From positions 534,556 through 598,555 of the forward strand of contig JBPQGU010000013.1 in the NCBI GenBank assembly GCA_051362555.1: a stretch of 64,000 nt of DNA, in the 5' to 3' direction. Below are positions 39,034 to 52,200 of the stretch, piece by piece; the first letter of the stretch is position 1, and every line of letters starts with the position of its first letter. The stretch comes from Lingula anatina (taxonomy: Eukaryota > Animalia > Brachiopoda). A program made the translations under genes and the position numbers. The notes under the pieces were generated by a model that did no database searches, was not told where the DNA came from, and saw only the letters and a program-made list of their open reading frames with translations.

Positions 39034-42000
39034 TTGGCCAGGTAGGGATGAAATTTTTTTTTCTTCATTATAGTGTCAGGTAGGTGTGTTCGGTCATTTG
39101 TAGTAAGAATAAAGTGCTGGAAGAGTGGTGGTGTCAACATTAAGGAAGAAATAGAGCAAAAACTCTCTCTCCCCCCCCCCCTCTCAGATTCTGTTCTCAG
39201 AGCTTATTTTTGGATCATCTTTAAAGCTAGAATTGGGGGCCTTGATGAAGTGACCCGGGCGCGTTTCCACATTTTTTATGAATGACAGGTGTGGTAGATT
39301 GATTTTCCTCACTTTTTGGAAAAATCGGAGACGGGTCGATTTTTGGTGATTTTGAGTGATTTTGAACAGTGCCGGCACTGTGAGATTTCTTCAATTTTGG
39401 CCAGGTAGGGATGAAATTTTTTTTTCTTCATTATAGTGTCAGGTAGGTGTGTTCGGTCATTTGTAGTAAGAATAAAGTGCTGGAAGAGTGGTGGTGTCAA
39501 CATTAAGGAAGAAATAGAGCAAAAACTCTCTCTCCCCCCCCCTCTCAGATTCTGTTCTCAGAGCTTCTTTTTGGATCATCTTTAAAGCTAGAATTGGGGG
39601 CCTTGATGAAGTGACCCGGGCGCGTTTCCACATTTTTTATGAATGACAGGTGTGGTAGATTGATTTTCCTCACTTTTTGGAAAAATCGGAGACGGGTCGA
39701 TTTTTGGTGATTTTGAGTGATTTTGAACAGTGCCGGCACTGTGAGATTTCTTCAATTTTGGCCAGGTAGGGATGAAAATTTTTTTCTTCATTATAGTGTC
39801 AGGTAGGTGTGTTCGGTCATTTGTAGTAAGAATAAAGTGCTGGAAGAGTGGTGGTGTCAACATTAAGGAAGAAATAGAGCAAAAACTCTCTCTCCCCCCC
39901 CTCTCAGATTCTGTTCTCAGAGCTTATTTTTGGATCATCTTTAAAGCTAGAATTGGGGGCCTTGATGAAGTGACCCGGGCGCGTTTCCACATTTTTTATG
40001 AATGACAGGTGTGGTAGATTGATTTTCCTCACTTTTTGGAAAAATCGGAGACGGGTCGATTTTTGGTGATTTTGAGTGATTTTGAACAGTGCCGGCACTG
40101 TGAGATTTCTTCAATTTTGGCCAGGTAGGGATGAAAATTTTTTTTCTTCATTATAGTGTCAGGTAGGTGTGTTCGGTCATTTGTAGTAAGAATAAAGTGC
40201 TGGAAGAGTGGTGGTGTCAACATTAAGGAAGAAATAGAGCAAAAACTCTCTCTCCCCCCCCCCTCTCAGATTCTGTTCTCAGAGCTTCTTTTTGGATCAT
40301 CTTTAAAGCTAGAATTGGGGGCCTTGATGAAGTGACCCGGGCGCGTTTCCACATTTTTTATGAATGACAGGTGTGGTAGATTGATTTTCCTCACTTTTTG
40401 GAAAAATCGGAGACGGGTCGATTTTTGGTGATTTTGAGTGATTTTGAACAGTGCCGGCACTGTGAGATTTCTTCAATTTTGGCCAGGTAGGGATGAACAT
40501 TTTTTTTCTTCATTATAGTGTCAGGTAGGTGTGTTCGGTCATTTGTAGTAAGAATAAAGTGCTGGAAGAGTGGTGGTGTCAACATTAAGGAAGAAATAGA
40601 GCAAAAACTCTCTCTCCCCCCCCCCTCTCAGATTCTGTTCTCAGAGCTTCTTTTTGGATCATCTTTAAAGCTAGAATTGGGGGCCTTGATGAAGTGACCC
40701 GGGCGCGTTTCCACATTTTTTATGAATGACAGGTGTGGTAGATTGATTTTCCTCACTTTTTGGAAAAATCGGAGACGGGTCGATTTTTGGTGATTTTGAG
40801 TGATTTTGAACAGTGCCGGCACTGTGAGATTTCTTCAATTTTGGCCAGGTAGGGATGAAAATTTTTTTTCTTCATTATAGTGTCAGGTAGGTGTGTTCGG
40901 TCATTTGTAGTAAGAATAAAGTGCTGGAAGAGTGGTGGTGTCAACATTAAGGAAGAAATAGAGCAAAAACTCTCTCTCCCCCCCCCCCCCTCTCAGATTC
41001 TGTTCTCAGAGCTTCTTTTTGGATCATCTTTAAAGCTAGAATTGGGGGCCTTGATGAAGTGACCCGGGCGCGTTTCCACATTTTTTATGAATGACAGGTG
41101 TGGTAGATTGATTTTCCTCACTTTTTGGAAAAATCGGAGACGGGTCGATTTTTGGTGATTTTGAGTGATTTTGAACAGTGCCGGCACTGTGAGATTTCTT
41201 CAATTTTGGCCAGGTAGGGATGAAATTTTTTTTTCTTCATTATAGTGTCAGGTAGGTGTGTTCGGTCATTTGTAGTAAGAATAAAGTGCTGGAAGAGTGG
41301 TGGTGTCAACATTAAGGAAGAAATAGAGCAAAAACTCTCTCTCCCCCCCCCCCCTCTCAGATTCTGTTCTCAGAGCTTCTTTTTGGATCATCTTTAAAGC
41401 TAGAATTGGGGGCCTTGATGAAGTGACCCGGGCGCGTTTCCACATTTTTTATGAATGACAGGTGTGGTAGATTGATTTTCCTCACTTTTTGGAAAAATCG
41501 GAGACGGGTCGATTTTTGGTGATTTTGAGTGATTTTGAACAGTGCCGGCACTGTGAGATTTCTTCAATTTTGGCCAGGTAGGGATGAAAATTTTTTTTCT
41601 TCATTATAGTGTCAGGTAGGTGTGTTCGGTCATTTGTAGTAAGAATAAAGTGCTGGAAGAGTGGTGGTGTCAACATTAAGGAAGAAATAGAGCAAAAACT
41701 CTCTCTCCCCCCCCCCCCCTCTCAGATTCTGTTCTCAGAGCTTCTTTTTGGATCATCTTTAAAGCTAGAATTGGGGGCCTTGATGAAGTGACCCGGGCGC
41801 GTTTCCACATTTTTTATGAATGACAGGTGTGGTAGATTGATTTTCCTCACTTTTTGGAAAAATCGGAGACGGGTCGATTTTTGGTGATTTTGAGTGATTT
41901 TGAACAGTGCCGGCACTGTGAGATTTCTTCAATTTTGGCCAGGTAGGGATGAAAATTTTTTTTCTTCATTATAGTGTCAGGTAGGTGTGTTCGGTCATTT

Positions 42001-45000
42001 GTAGTAAGAATAAAGTGCTGGAAGAGTGGTGGTGTCAACATTAAGGAAGAAATAGAGCAAAAACTCTCTCTCCCCCCCCCCCCTCTCAGATTCTGTTCTC
42101 AGAGCTTCTTTTTGGATCATCTTTAAAGCTAGAATTGGGGGCCTTGATGAAGTGACCCGGGCGCGTTTCCACATTTTTTATGAATGACAGGTGTGGTAGA
42201 TTGATTTTCCTCACTTTTTGGAAAAATCGGAGACGGGTCGATTTTTGGTGATTTTGAGTGATTTTGAACAGTGCCGGCACTGTGAGATTTCTTCAATTTT
42301 GGCCAGGTAGGGATGAAAATTTTTTTTCTTCATTATAGTGTCAGGTAGGTGTGTTCGGTCATTTGTAGTAAGAATAAAGTGCTGGAAGAGTGGTGGTGTC
42401 AACATTAAGGAAGAAATAGAGCAAAAACTCTCTCTCCCCCCCCCCCTCTCAGATTCTGTTCTCAGAGCTTCTTTTTGGATCATCTTTAAAGCTAGAATTG
42501 GGGGCCTTGATGAAGTGACCCGGGCGCGTTTCCACATTTTTTATGAATGACAGGTGTGGTAGATTGATTTTCCTCACTTTTTGGAAAAATCGGAGACGGG
42601 TCGATTTTTGGTGATTTTGAGTGATTTTGAACAGTGCCGGCACTGTGAGATTTCTTCAATTTTGGCCAGGTAGGGATGAAAATTTTTTTTCTTCATTATA
42701 GTGTCAGGTAGGTGTGTTCGGTCATTTGTAGTAAGAATAAAGTGCTGGAAGAGTGGTGGTGTCAACATTAAGGAAGAAATAGAGCAAAAACTCTCTCTCC
42801 CCCCCCCCCCCTCTCAGATTCTGTTCTCAGAGCTTCTTTTTGGATCATCTTTAAAGCTAGAATTGGGGGCCTTGATGAAGTGACCCGGGCGCGTTTCCAC
42901 ATTTTTTATGAATGACAGGTGTGGTAGATTGATTTTCCTCACTTTTTGGAAAAATCGGAGACGGGTCGATTTTTGGTGATTTTGAGTGATTTTGAACAGT
43001 GCCGGCACTGTGAGATTTCTTCAATTTTGGCCAGGTAGGGATGAAATTTTTTTTTCTTCATTATAGTGTCAGGTAGGTGTGTTCGGTCATTTGTAGTAAG
43101 AATAAAGTGCTGGAAGAGTGGTGGTGTCAACATTAAGGAAGAAATAGAGCAAAAACTCTCTCTCCCCCCCCCCCCTCTCAGATTCTGTTCTCAGAGCTTC
43201 TTTTTGGATCATCTTTAAAGCTAGAATTGGGGGCCTTGATGAAGTGACCCGGGCGCGTTTCCACATTTTTTATGAATGACAGGTGTGGTAGATTGATTTT
43301 CCTCACTTTTTGGAAAAATCGGAGACGGGTCGATTTTTGGTGATTTTGAGTGATTTTGAACAGTGCCGGCACTGTGAGATTTCTTCAATTTTGGCCAGGT
43401 AGGGATGAAAATTTTTTTTCTTCATTATAGTGTCAGGTAGGTGTGTTCGGTCATTTGTAGTAAGAATAAAGTGCTGGAAGAGTGGTGGTGTCAACATTAA
43501 GGAAGAAATAGAGCAAAAACTCTCTCTCCCCCCCCCCCCCTCTCAGATTCTGTTCTCAGAGCTTCTTTTTGGATCATCTTTAAAGCTAGAATTGGGGGCC
43601 TTGATGAAGTGACCCGGGCGCGTTTCCACATTTTTTATGAATGACAGGTGTGGTAGATTGATTTTCCTCACTTTTTGGAAAAATCGGAGACGGGTCGATT
43701 TTTGGTGATTTTGAGTGATTTTGAACAGTGCCGGCACTGTGAGATTTCTTCAATTTTGGCCAGGTAGGGATGAAAATTTTTTTTCTTCATTATAGTGTCA
43801 GGTAGGTGTGTTCGGTCATTTGTAGTAAGAATAAAGTGCTGGAAGAGTGGTGGTGTCAACATTAAGGAAGAAATAGAGCAAAAACTCTCTCTCCCCCCCC
43901 CCCTCTCAGATTCTGTTCTCAGAGCTTCTTTTTGGATCATCTTTAAAGCTAGAATTGGGGGCCTTGATGAAGTGACCCGGGCGCGTTTCCACATTTTTTA
44001 TGAATGACAGGTGTGGTAGATTGATTTTCCTCACTTTTTGGAAAAATCGGAGACGGGTCGATTTTTGGTGATTTTGAGTGATTTTGAACAGTGCCGGCAC
44101 TGTGAGATTTCTTCAATTTTGGCCAGGTAGGGATGAAAATTTTTTTTCTTCATTATAGTGTCAGGTAGGTGTGTTCGGTCATTTGTAGTAAGAATAAAGT
44201 GCTGGAAGAGTGGTGGTGTCAACATTAAGGAAGAAATAGAGCAAAAACTCTCTCTCCCCCCCCCCTCTCAGATTCTGTTCTCAGAGCTTCTTTTTGGATC
44301 ATCTTTAAAGCTAGAATTGGGGGCCTTGATGAAGTGACCCGGGCGCGTTTCCACATTTTTTATGAATGACAGGTGTGGTAGATTGATTTTCCTCACTTTT
44401 TGGAAAAATCGGAGACGGGTCGATTTTTGGTGATTTTGAGTGATTTTGAACAGTGCCGGCACTGTGAGATTTCTTCAATTTTGGCCAGGTAGGGATGAAA
44501 ATTTTTTTTCTTCATTATAGTGTCAGGTAGGTGTGTTCGGTCATTTGTAGTAAGAATAAAGTGCTGGAAGAGTGGTGGTGTCAACATTAAGGAAGAAATA
44601 GAGCAAAAACTCTCTCTCCCCACCCCCTCTCAGATTCTGTTCTCAGAGCTTCTTTTTGGATCATCTTTAAAGCTAGAATTGGGGGCCTTGATGAAGTGAC
44701 CCGGGCGCGTTTCCACATTTTTTATGAATGACAGGTGTGGTAGATTGATTTTCCTCACTTTTTGGAAAAATCGGAGACGGGTCGATTTTTGGTGATTTTG
44801 AGTGATTTTGAACAGTGCCGGCACTGTGAGATTTCTTCAATTTTGGCCAGGTAGGGATGAAATTTTTTTTTCTTCATTATAGTGTCAGGTAGGTGTGTTC
44901 GGTCATTTGTAGTAAGAATAAAGTGCTGGAAGAGTGGTGGTGTCAACATTAAGGAAGAAATAGAGCAAAAACTCTCTCTCCCCCCCCCCCTCTCAGATTC

Positions 45001-48000
45001 TGTTCTCAGAGCTTCTTTTTGGATCATCTTTAAAGCTAGAATTGGGGGCCTTGATGAAGTGACCCGGGCGCGTTTCCACATTTTTTATGAATGACAGGTG
45101 TGGTAGATTGATTTTCCTCACTTTTTGGAAAAATCGGAGACGGGTCGATTTTTGGTGATTTTGAGTGATTTTGAACAGTGCCGGCACTGTGAGATTTCTT
45201 CAATTTTGGCCAGGTAGGGATGAAAATTTTTTTTCTTCATTATAGTGTCAGGTAGGTGTGTTCGGTCATTTGTAGTAAGAATAAAGTGCTGGAAGAGTGG
45301 TGGTGTCAACATTAAGGAAGAAATAGAGCAAAAACTCTCTCTCCCCCCCCCCCCCTCTCAGATTCTGTTCTCAGAGCTTATTTTTGGATCATCTTTAAAG
45401 CTAGAATTGGGGGCCTTGATGAAGTGACCCGGGCGCGTTTCCACATTTTTTATGAATGACAGGTGTGGTAGATTGATTTTCCTCACTTTTTGGAAAAATC
45501 GGAGACGGGTCGATTTTTGGTGATTTTGAGTGATTTTGAACAGTGCCGGCACTGTGAGATTTCTTCAATTTTGGCCAGGTAGGGATGAAAATTTTTTTTC
45601 TTCATTATAGTGTCAGGTAGGTGTGTTCGGTCATTTGTAGTAAGAATAAAGTGCTGGAAGAGTGGTGGTGTCAACATTAAGGAAGAAATAGAGCAAAAAC
45701 TCTCTCTCCCCCCCCCCCCCCTCTCAGATTCTGTTCTCAGAGCTTATTTTTGGATCATCTTTAAAGCTAGAATTGGGGGCCTTGATGAAGTGACCCGGGC
45801 GCGTTTCCACATTTTTTATGAATGACAGGTGTGGTAGATTGATTTTCCTCACTTTTTGGAAAAATCGGAGACGGGTCGATTTTTGGTGATTTTGAGTGAT
45901 TTTGAACAGTGCCGGCACTGTGAGATTTCTTCAATTTTGGCCAGGTAGGGATGAAAATTTTTTTTCTTCATTATAGTGTCAGGTGGGTGTGTTCGGTCAT
46001 TTGTAGTAAGAATAAAGTGCTGGAAGAGTGGTGGTGTCAACATTAAGGAAGAAATAGAGCAAAAACTCTCTCTCCCCCCCCCCCCCCTCTCAGATTCTGT
46101 TCTCAGAGCTTATTTTTGGATCATCTTTAAAGCTAGAATTGGGGGCCTTGATGAAGTGACCCGGGCGCGTTTCCACATTTTTTATGAATGACAGGTGTGG
46201 TAGATTGATTTTCCTCACTTTTTGGAAAAATCGGAGACGGGTCGATTTTTGGTGATTTTGAGTGATTTTGAACAGTGCCGGCACTGTGAGATTTCTTCAA
46301 TTTTGGCCAGGTAGGGATGAAAAGTTTTTTTCTTCATTATAGTGTCAGGTAGGTGTGTTCGGTCATTTGTAGTAAGAATAAAGTGCTGGAAGAGTGGTGG
46401 TGTCAACATTAAGGAAGAAATAGAGCAAAAACTCTCTCTCCCCCCCCCCCCCTCTCAGATTCTGTTCTCAGAGCTTATTTTTGGATCATCTTTAAAGCTA
46501 GAATTGGGGGCCTTGATGAAGTGACCCGGGCGCGTTTCCACATTTTTTATGAATGACAGGTGTGGTAGATTGATTTTCCTCACTTTTTGGAAAAATCGGA
46601 GACGGGTCGATTTTTGGTGATTTTGAGTGATTTTGAACAGTGCCGGCACTGTGAGATTTCTTCAATTTTGGCCAGGTAGGGATGAAAATTTTTTTTCTTC
46701 ATTATAGTGTCAGGTAGGTGTGTTCGGTCATTTGTAGTAAGAATAAAGTGCTGGAAGAGTGGTGGTGTCAACATTAAGGAAGAAATAGAGCAAAAACTCT
46801 CTCTCCCCCCCCCCCCTCTCAGATTCTGTTCTCAGAGCTTCTTTTTGGATCATCTTTAAAGCTAGAATTGGGGGCCTTGATGAAGTGACCCGGGCGCGTT
46901 TCCACATTTTTTATGAATGACAGGTGTGGTAGATTGATTTTCCTCACTTTTTGGAAAAATCGGAGACGGGTCGATTTTTGGTGATTTTGAGTGATTTTGA
47001 ACAGTGCCGGCACTGTGAGATTTCTTCAATTTTGGCCAGGTAGGGATGAAAATTTTTTTTCTTCATTATAGTGTCAGGTAGGTGTGTTCGGTCATTTGTA
47101 GTAAGAATAAAGTGCTGGAAGAGTGGTGGTGTCAACATTAAGGAAGAAATAGAGCAAAAACTCTCTCTCCCCCCCCCCTCTCAGATTCTGTTCTCAGAGC
47201 TTATTTTTGGATCATCTTTAAAGCTAGAATTGGGGGCCTTGATGAAGTGACCCGGGCGCGTTTCCACATTTTTTATGAATGACAGGTGTGGTAGATTGAT
47301 TTTCCTCACTTTTTGGAAAAATCGGAGACGGGTCGATTTTTGGTGATTTTGAGTGATTTTGAACAGTGCCGGCACTGTGAGATTTCTTCAATTTTGGCCA
47401 GGTAGGGATGAAAATTTTTTTTTCTTCATTATAGTGTCAGGTAGGTGTGTTCGGTCATTTGTAGTAAGAATAAAGTGCTGGAAGAGTGGTGGTGTCAACA
47501 TTAAGGAAGAAATAGAGCAAAAACTCTCTCTCCCCCCCCCCCCCTCTCAGATTCTGTTCTCAGAGCTTATTTTTGGATCATCTTTAAAGCTAGAATTGGG
47601 GGCCTTGATGAAGTGACCCGGGCGCGTTTCCACATTTTTTTTTGAATGACAGGTGTGGTAGATTGATTTTCCTCACTTTTTGGAAAAATCGGAGATGGGT
47701 CGATTTTTGGTGATTTTGAGTGATTTTGAACAGTGCCGGCACTGTGAGATTTCTTCAATTTTGGCCAGGTAGGGATGAAAATTTTTTTTCTTCATTATAG
47801 TGTCAGGTAGGTGTGTTCGGTCATTTGTAGTAAGAATAAAGTGCTGGAAGAGTGGTGGTGTCAACATTAAGGAAGAAATAGAGCAAAAACTCTCTCTCCC
47901 CCCCCCCCCCCCTCTCAGATTCTGTTCTCAGAGCTTATTTTTGGATCATCTTTAAAGCTAGAATTGGGGGCCTTGATGAAGTGACCCGGGCGCGTTTCCA

Positions 48001-49213
48001 CATTTTTTATGAATGACAGGTGTGGTAGATTGATTTTCCTCACTTTTTGGAAAAATCGGAGACGGGTCGATTTTTGGTGATTTTGAGTGATTTTGAACAG
48101 TGCCGGCACTGTGAGATTTCTTCAATTTTGGCCAGGTAGGGATGAAAATTTTTTTTCTTCATTATAGTGTCAGGTAGGTGTGTTCGGTCATTTGTAGTAA
48201 GAATAAAGTGCTGGAAGAGTGGTGGTGTCAACATTAAGGAAGAAATAGAGCAAAAACTCTCTCTCCCCCCCCCCCCTCTCAGATTCTGTTCTCAGAGCTT
48301 ATTTTTGGATCATCTTTAAAGCTAGAATTGGGGGCCTTGATGAAGTGACCCAGGCGCGTTTCCACATTTTTTATGAATGACAGGTGTGGTAGATTGATTT
48401 TCCTCACTTTTTGGAAAAATCGGAGACGGGTCGATTTTTGGTGATTTTGAGTGATTTTGAACAGTGCCGGCACTGTGAGATTTCTTCAATTTTGGCCAGG
48501 TAGGGATGAAAATTTTTTTTCTTCATTATAGTGTCAGGTAGGTGTGTTCGGTCATTTGTAGTAAGAATAAAGTGCTGGAAGAGTGGTGGTGTCAACATTA
48601 AGGAAGAAATAGAGCAAAAACTCTCTCTCCCCCCCCCCCTCTCAGATTCTGTTCTCAGAGCTTATTTTTGGATCATCTTTAAAGCTAGAATTGGGGGCCT
48701 TGATGAAGTGACCCGGGCGCGTTTCCACATTTTTTATGAATGACAGGTGTGGTAGATTGATTTTCCTCACTTTTTGGAAAAATCGGAGACGGGTCGATTT
48801 TTGGTGATTTTGAGTGATTTTGAACAGTGCCGGCACTGTGAGATTTCTTCAATTTTGGCCAGGTAGGGATGAAAATTTTTTTTCTTCATTATAGTGTCAG
48901 GTAGGTGTGTTCGGTCATTTGTAGTAAGAATAAAGTGCTGGAAGAGTGGTGGTGTCAACATTAAGGAAGAAATAGAGCAAAAACTCTCTCTCCCCCCCCC
49001 CTCTCAGATTCTGTTCTCAGAGCTTATTTTTGGATCATCTTTAAAGCTAGAATTGGGGGCCTTGATGAAGTGACCCGGGCGCGTTTCCACATTTTTTATG
49101 AATGACAGGTGTGGTAGATTGATTTTCCTCACTTTTTGGAAAAATTGGAGACGGGTCGATTTTTGGTGATTTTGAGTGATTTTGAACAGTGCCGGCACTG
49201 TGAGATTTCTTCA
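39034..49213. repeat. Satellite array, subfamily A (~28 copies)
   Basis: Same monomer and orientation as 1-19468; starts sharply at ttggccaggtaggg. Confidence 0.99.
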
Positions 49214-52200
49214 GATTTCGTAGGTCGGATATGGCAGTTTTCTTCAATTTGGCCAGGTAGGGTTGAAAAATTTTTTTCTTCATTATAGTGTCTGGTAGGT
49301 GGGTGTTTGGTCATTGTAGTCATGATAAAGTTGCTGGAAGAGTGGGTTGTGTCATTATTAAGGAAGAAATAGAGCAAAAACTCTCTCCACCCCCCCTCTC
49401 TCCAAATCCTGTCTCAGGTGTGAGCTTTTTGTGCCATCTTTAAAGCTGAAATTGGTGGCTTTAATGAAGTGATCGGCGCGTTCCAACATTTTTATGAATG
49501 ACAGGTGTAGGTAGATTGGATTTTCATCACTTTTGGAAATTTGGTGACGGCCATTTTTGTGGGTGATTTTGAGTGATTTTCGTAAGGTCCGGATATGGCA
49601 GTTTTCTTCAATTTTGGCCAGGTAGGGTTGAAAAATTTTTTTCTTCATTATAGTGTCTGGTAGGTGTGTTTGGTCATTTGTAGTCAGAATAAAGTGCTGG
49701 AAGAGTGGTTGTGTCATTATTAAGGAAGAAATAGAGCAAAAACTCTCTCCACCCCCCCTCTCTCCAAATCCTGTTCTCAGGTGTGCTTTTTGGCCATCTT
49801 TAAAGCTGAAATTGGGGGCTTTAATGAAGTGATCCGGGCGCGTTTCCACATTTTTTATGAATGACAGGTGTGGTAGATTGATTTTCATCACTTTTTGGAA
49901 AATTTGGTGACGGGCCATTTTTGGGTGATTTTGAGTGATTTTCGTAAGGTCCGGATATGGCAGTTTTCTTCAATTTTGGCCAGGTAGGGTTGAAAAATTT
50001 TTTTCTTCATTATAGTGTCTGGTAGGTGTGTTTGGTCATTTGTAGTCAGAATAAAGTGCTGGAAGAGTGGTTGTGTCATTATTAAGGAAGAAATAGAGCA
50101 AAAAACTCTCTCCACCCCCCTCTCTCCAAATCCTGTTCTCAGGTGTGCTTTTTGGCCATCTTTAAAGCTGAAATTGGGGGCTTTAATGAAGTGATCCGGG
50201 CGCGTTTCCACATTTTTTATGAATGACAGGTGTGGTAGATTGATTTTCATCACTTTTTGGAAAATTTGGTGACGGGCCATTTTTGGGTGATTTTGAGTGA
50301 TTTTCGTAAGGTCCGGATATGGCAGTTTTCTTCAATTTTGCCAGGTAGGGTTGAAAATTTTTTTCTTCATTATAGTGTCTGGTAGGTGTGTTTGGTCATT
50401 TGTAGTCAGAATAAAGTGCTGGAAGAGTGGTTGTGTCATTATTAAGGAAGAAATAGAGCAAAAACTCTCTCCACCCCCCCTCTCTCCAAATCCTGTTCTC
50501 AGGTGTGCTTTTTGGCCATCTTTAAAGCTGAAATTGGGGGCTTTAATGAAGTGATCCGGGCGCGTTTCCACATTTTTTATGAATGACAGGTGTGGTAGAT
50601 TGATTTTCATCACTTTTTGGAAAATTTGGTGACGGGCCATTTTTGGGTGATTTTGAGTGATTTTCGTAAGGTCCGGATATGGCAGTTTTCTTCAATTTTG
50701 GCCAGGTAGGGTTGAAAAATTTTTTTCTTCATTATAGTGTCTGGTAGGTGTGTTTGGTCATTTGTAGTCAGAATAAAGTGCTGGAAGAGTGGTTGTGTCA
50801 TTATTAAGGAAGAAATAGAGCAAAAACTCTCTCCACCCCCCCTCTCTCCAAATCCTGTTCTCAGGTGTGCTTTTTGGCCATCTTTAAAGCTGAAATTGGG
50901 GGCTTTAATGAAGTGATCCGGGCGCGTTTCCACATTTTTTATGAATGACAGGTGTGGTAGATTGATTTTCATCACTTTTTGGAAAATTTGGTGACGGGCC
51001 ATTTTTGGGTGATTTGAGTGATTTTCGTAAGGTCCGGATATGGCAGTTTTCTTCAATTTTGGCCAGGTAGGGTTGAAAAATTTTTTTCTTCATTATAGTG
51101 TCTGGTAGGTGTGTTTGGTCATTTGTAGTCAGAATAAAGTGCTGGAAGAGTGGTTGTGTCATTATTAAGGAAGAAATAGAGCAAAAACTCTCTCCACCCC
51201 CCCTCTCTCCAAATCCTGTTCTCAGGTGTGCTTTTTGGCCATCTTTAAAGCTGAAATTGGGGGCTTTAATGAAGTGATCCGGGCGCGTTTCCACATTTTT
51301 TATGAATGACAGGTGTGGTAGATTGATTTTCATCACTTTTTGGAAAATTTGGTGACGGGCCATTTTTGGGTGATTTTGAGTGATTTTCGTAAGGTCCGGA
51401 TATGGCAGTTTTCTTCAATTTTGGCCAGGTAGGGTTGAAAAATTTTTTTCTTCATTATAGTGTCTGGTAGGTGTGTTTGGTCATTTGTAGTCAGAATAAA
51501 GTGCTGGAAGAGTGGTTGTGTCATTATTAAGGAAGAAATAGAGCAAAAACTCTCTCCACCCCCCCTCTCTCCAAATCCTGTTCTCAGGTGTGCTTTTTGG
51601 CCATCTTTAAAGCTGAAATTGGGGGCTTTAATGAAGTGATCCGGGCGCGTTTCCACATTTTTTATGAATGACAGGTGTGGTAGATTGATTTTCATCACTT
51701 TTTGGAAAATTTGGTGACGGGCCATTTTTGGGTGATTTTGAGTGATTTTCGTAAGGTCCGGATATGGCAGTTTTCTTCAATTTTGGCCAGGTAGGGTTGA
51801 AAAATTTTTTTCTTCATTATAGTGTCTGGTAGGTGTGTTTGGTCATTTGTAGTCAGAATAAAGTGCTGGAAGAGTGGTTGTGTCATTATTAAGGAAGAAA
51901 TAGAGCAAAAACTCTCTCCACCCCCCCTCTCTCCAAATCCTGTTCTCAGGTGTGCTTTTTGGCCATCTTTAAAGCTGAAATTGGGGGCTTTAATGAAGTG
52001 ATCCGGGCGCGTTTCCACATTTTTTATGAATGACAGGTGTGGTAGATTGATTTTCATCACTTTTTGGAAAATTTGGTGACGGGCCATTTTTGGGTGATTT
52101 TGAGTGATTTTCGTAAGGTCCGGATATGGCAGTTTTCTTCAATTTTGGCCAGGTAGGGTTGAAAAATTTTTTTCTTCATTATAGTGTCTGGTAGGTGTGT

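Noticed and set aside
206-49198. Hundreds of 60-108 aa ORFs in subfamily A
   Set aside because: They are translations of the satellite unit. Frames shift freely with poly-C length and no protein motif is recognisable.
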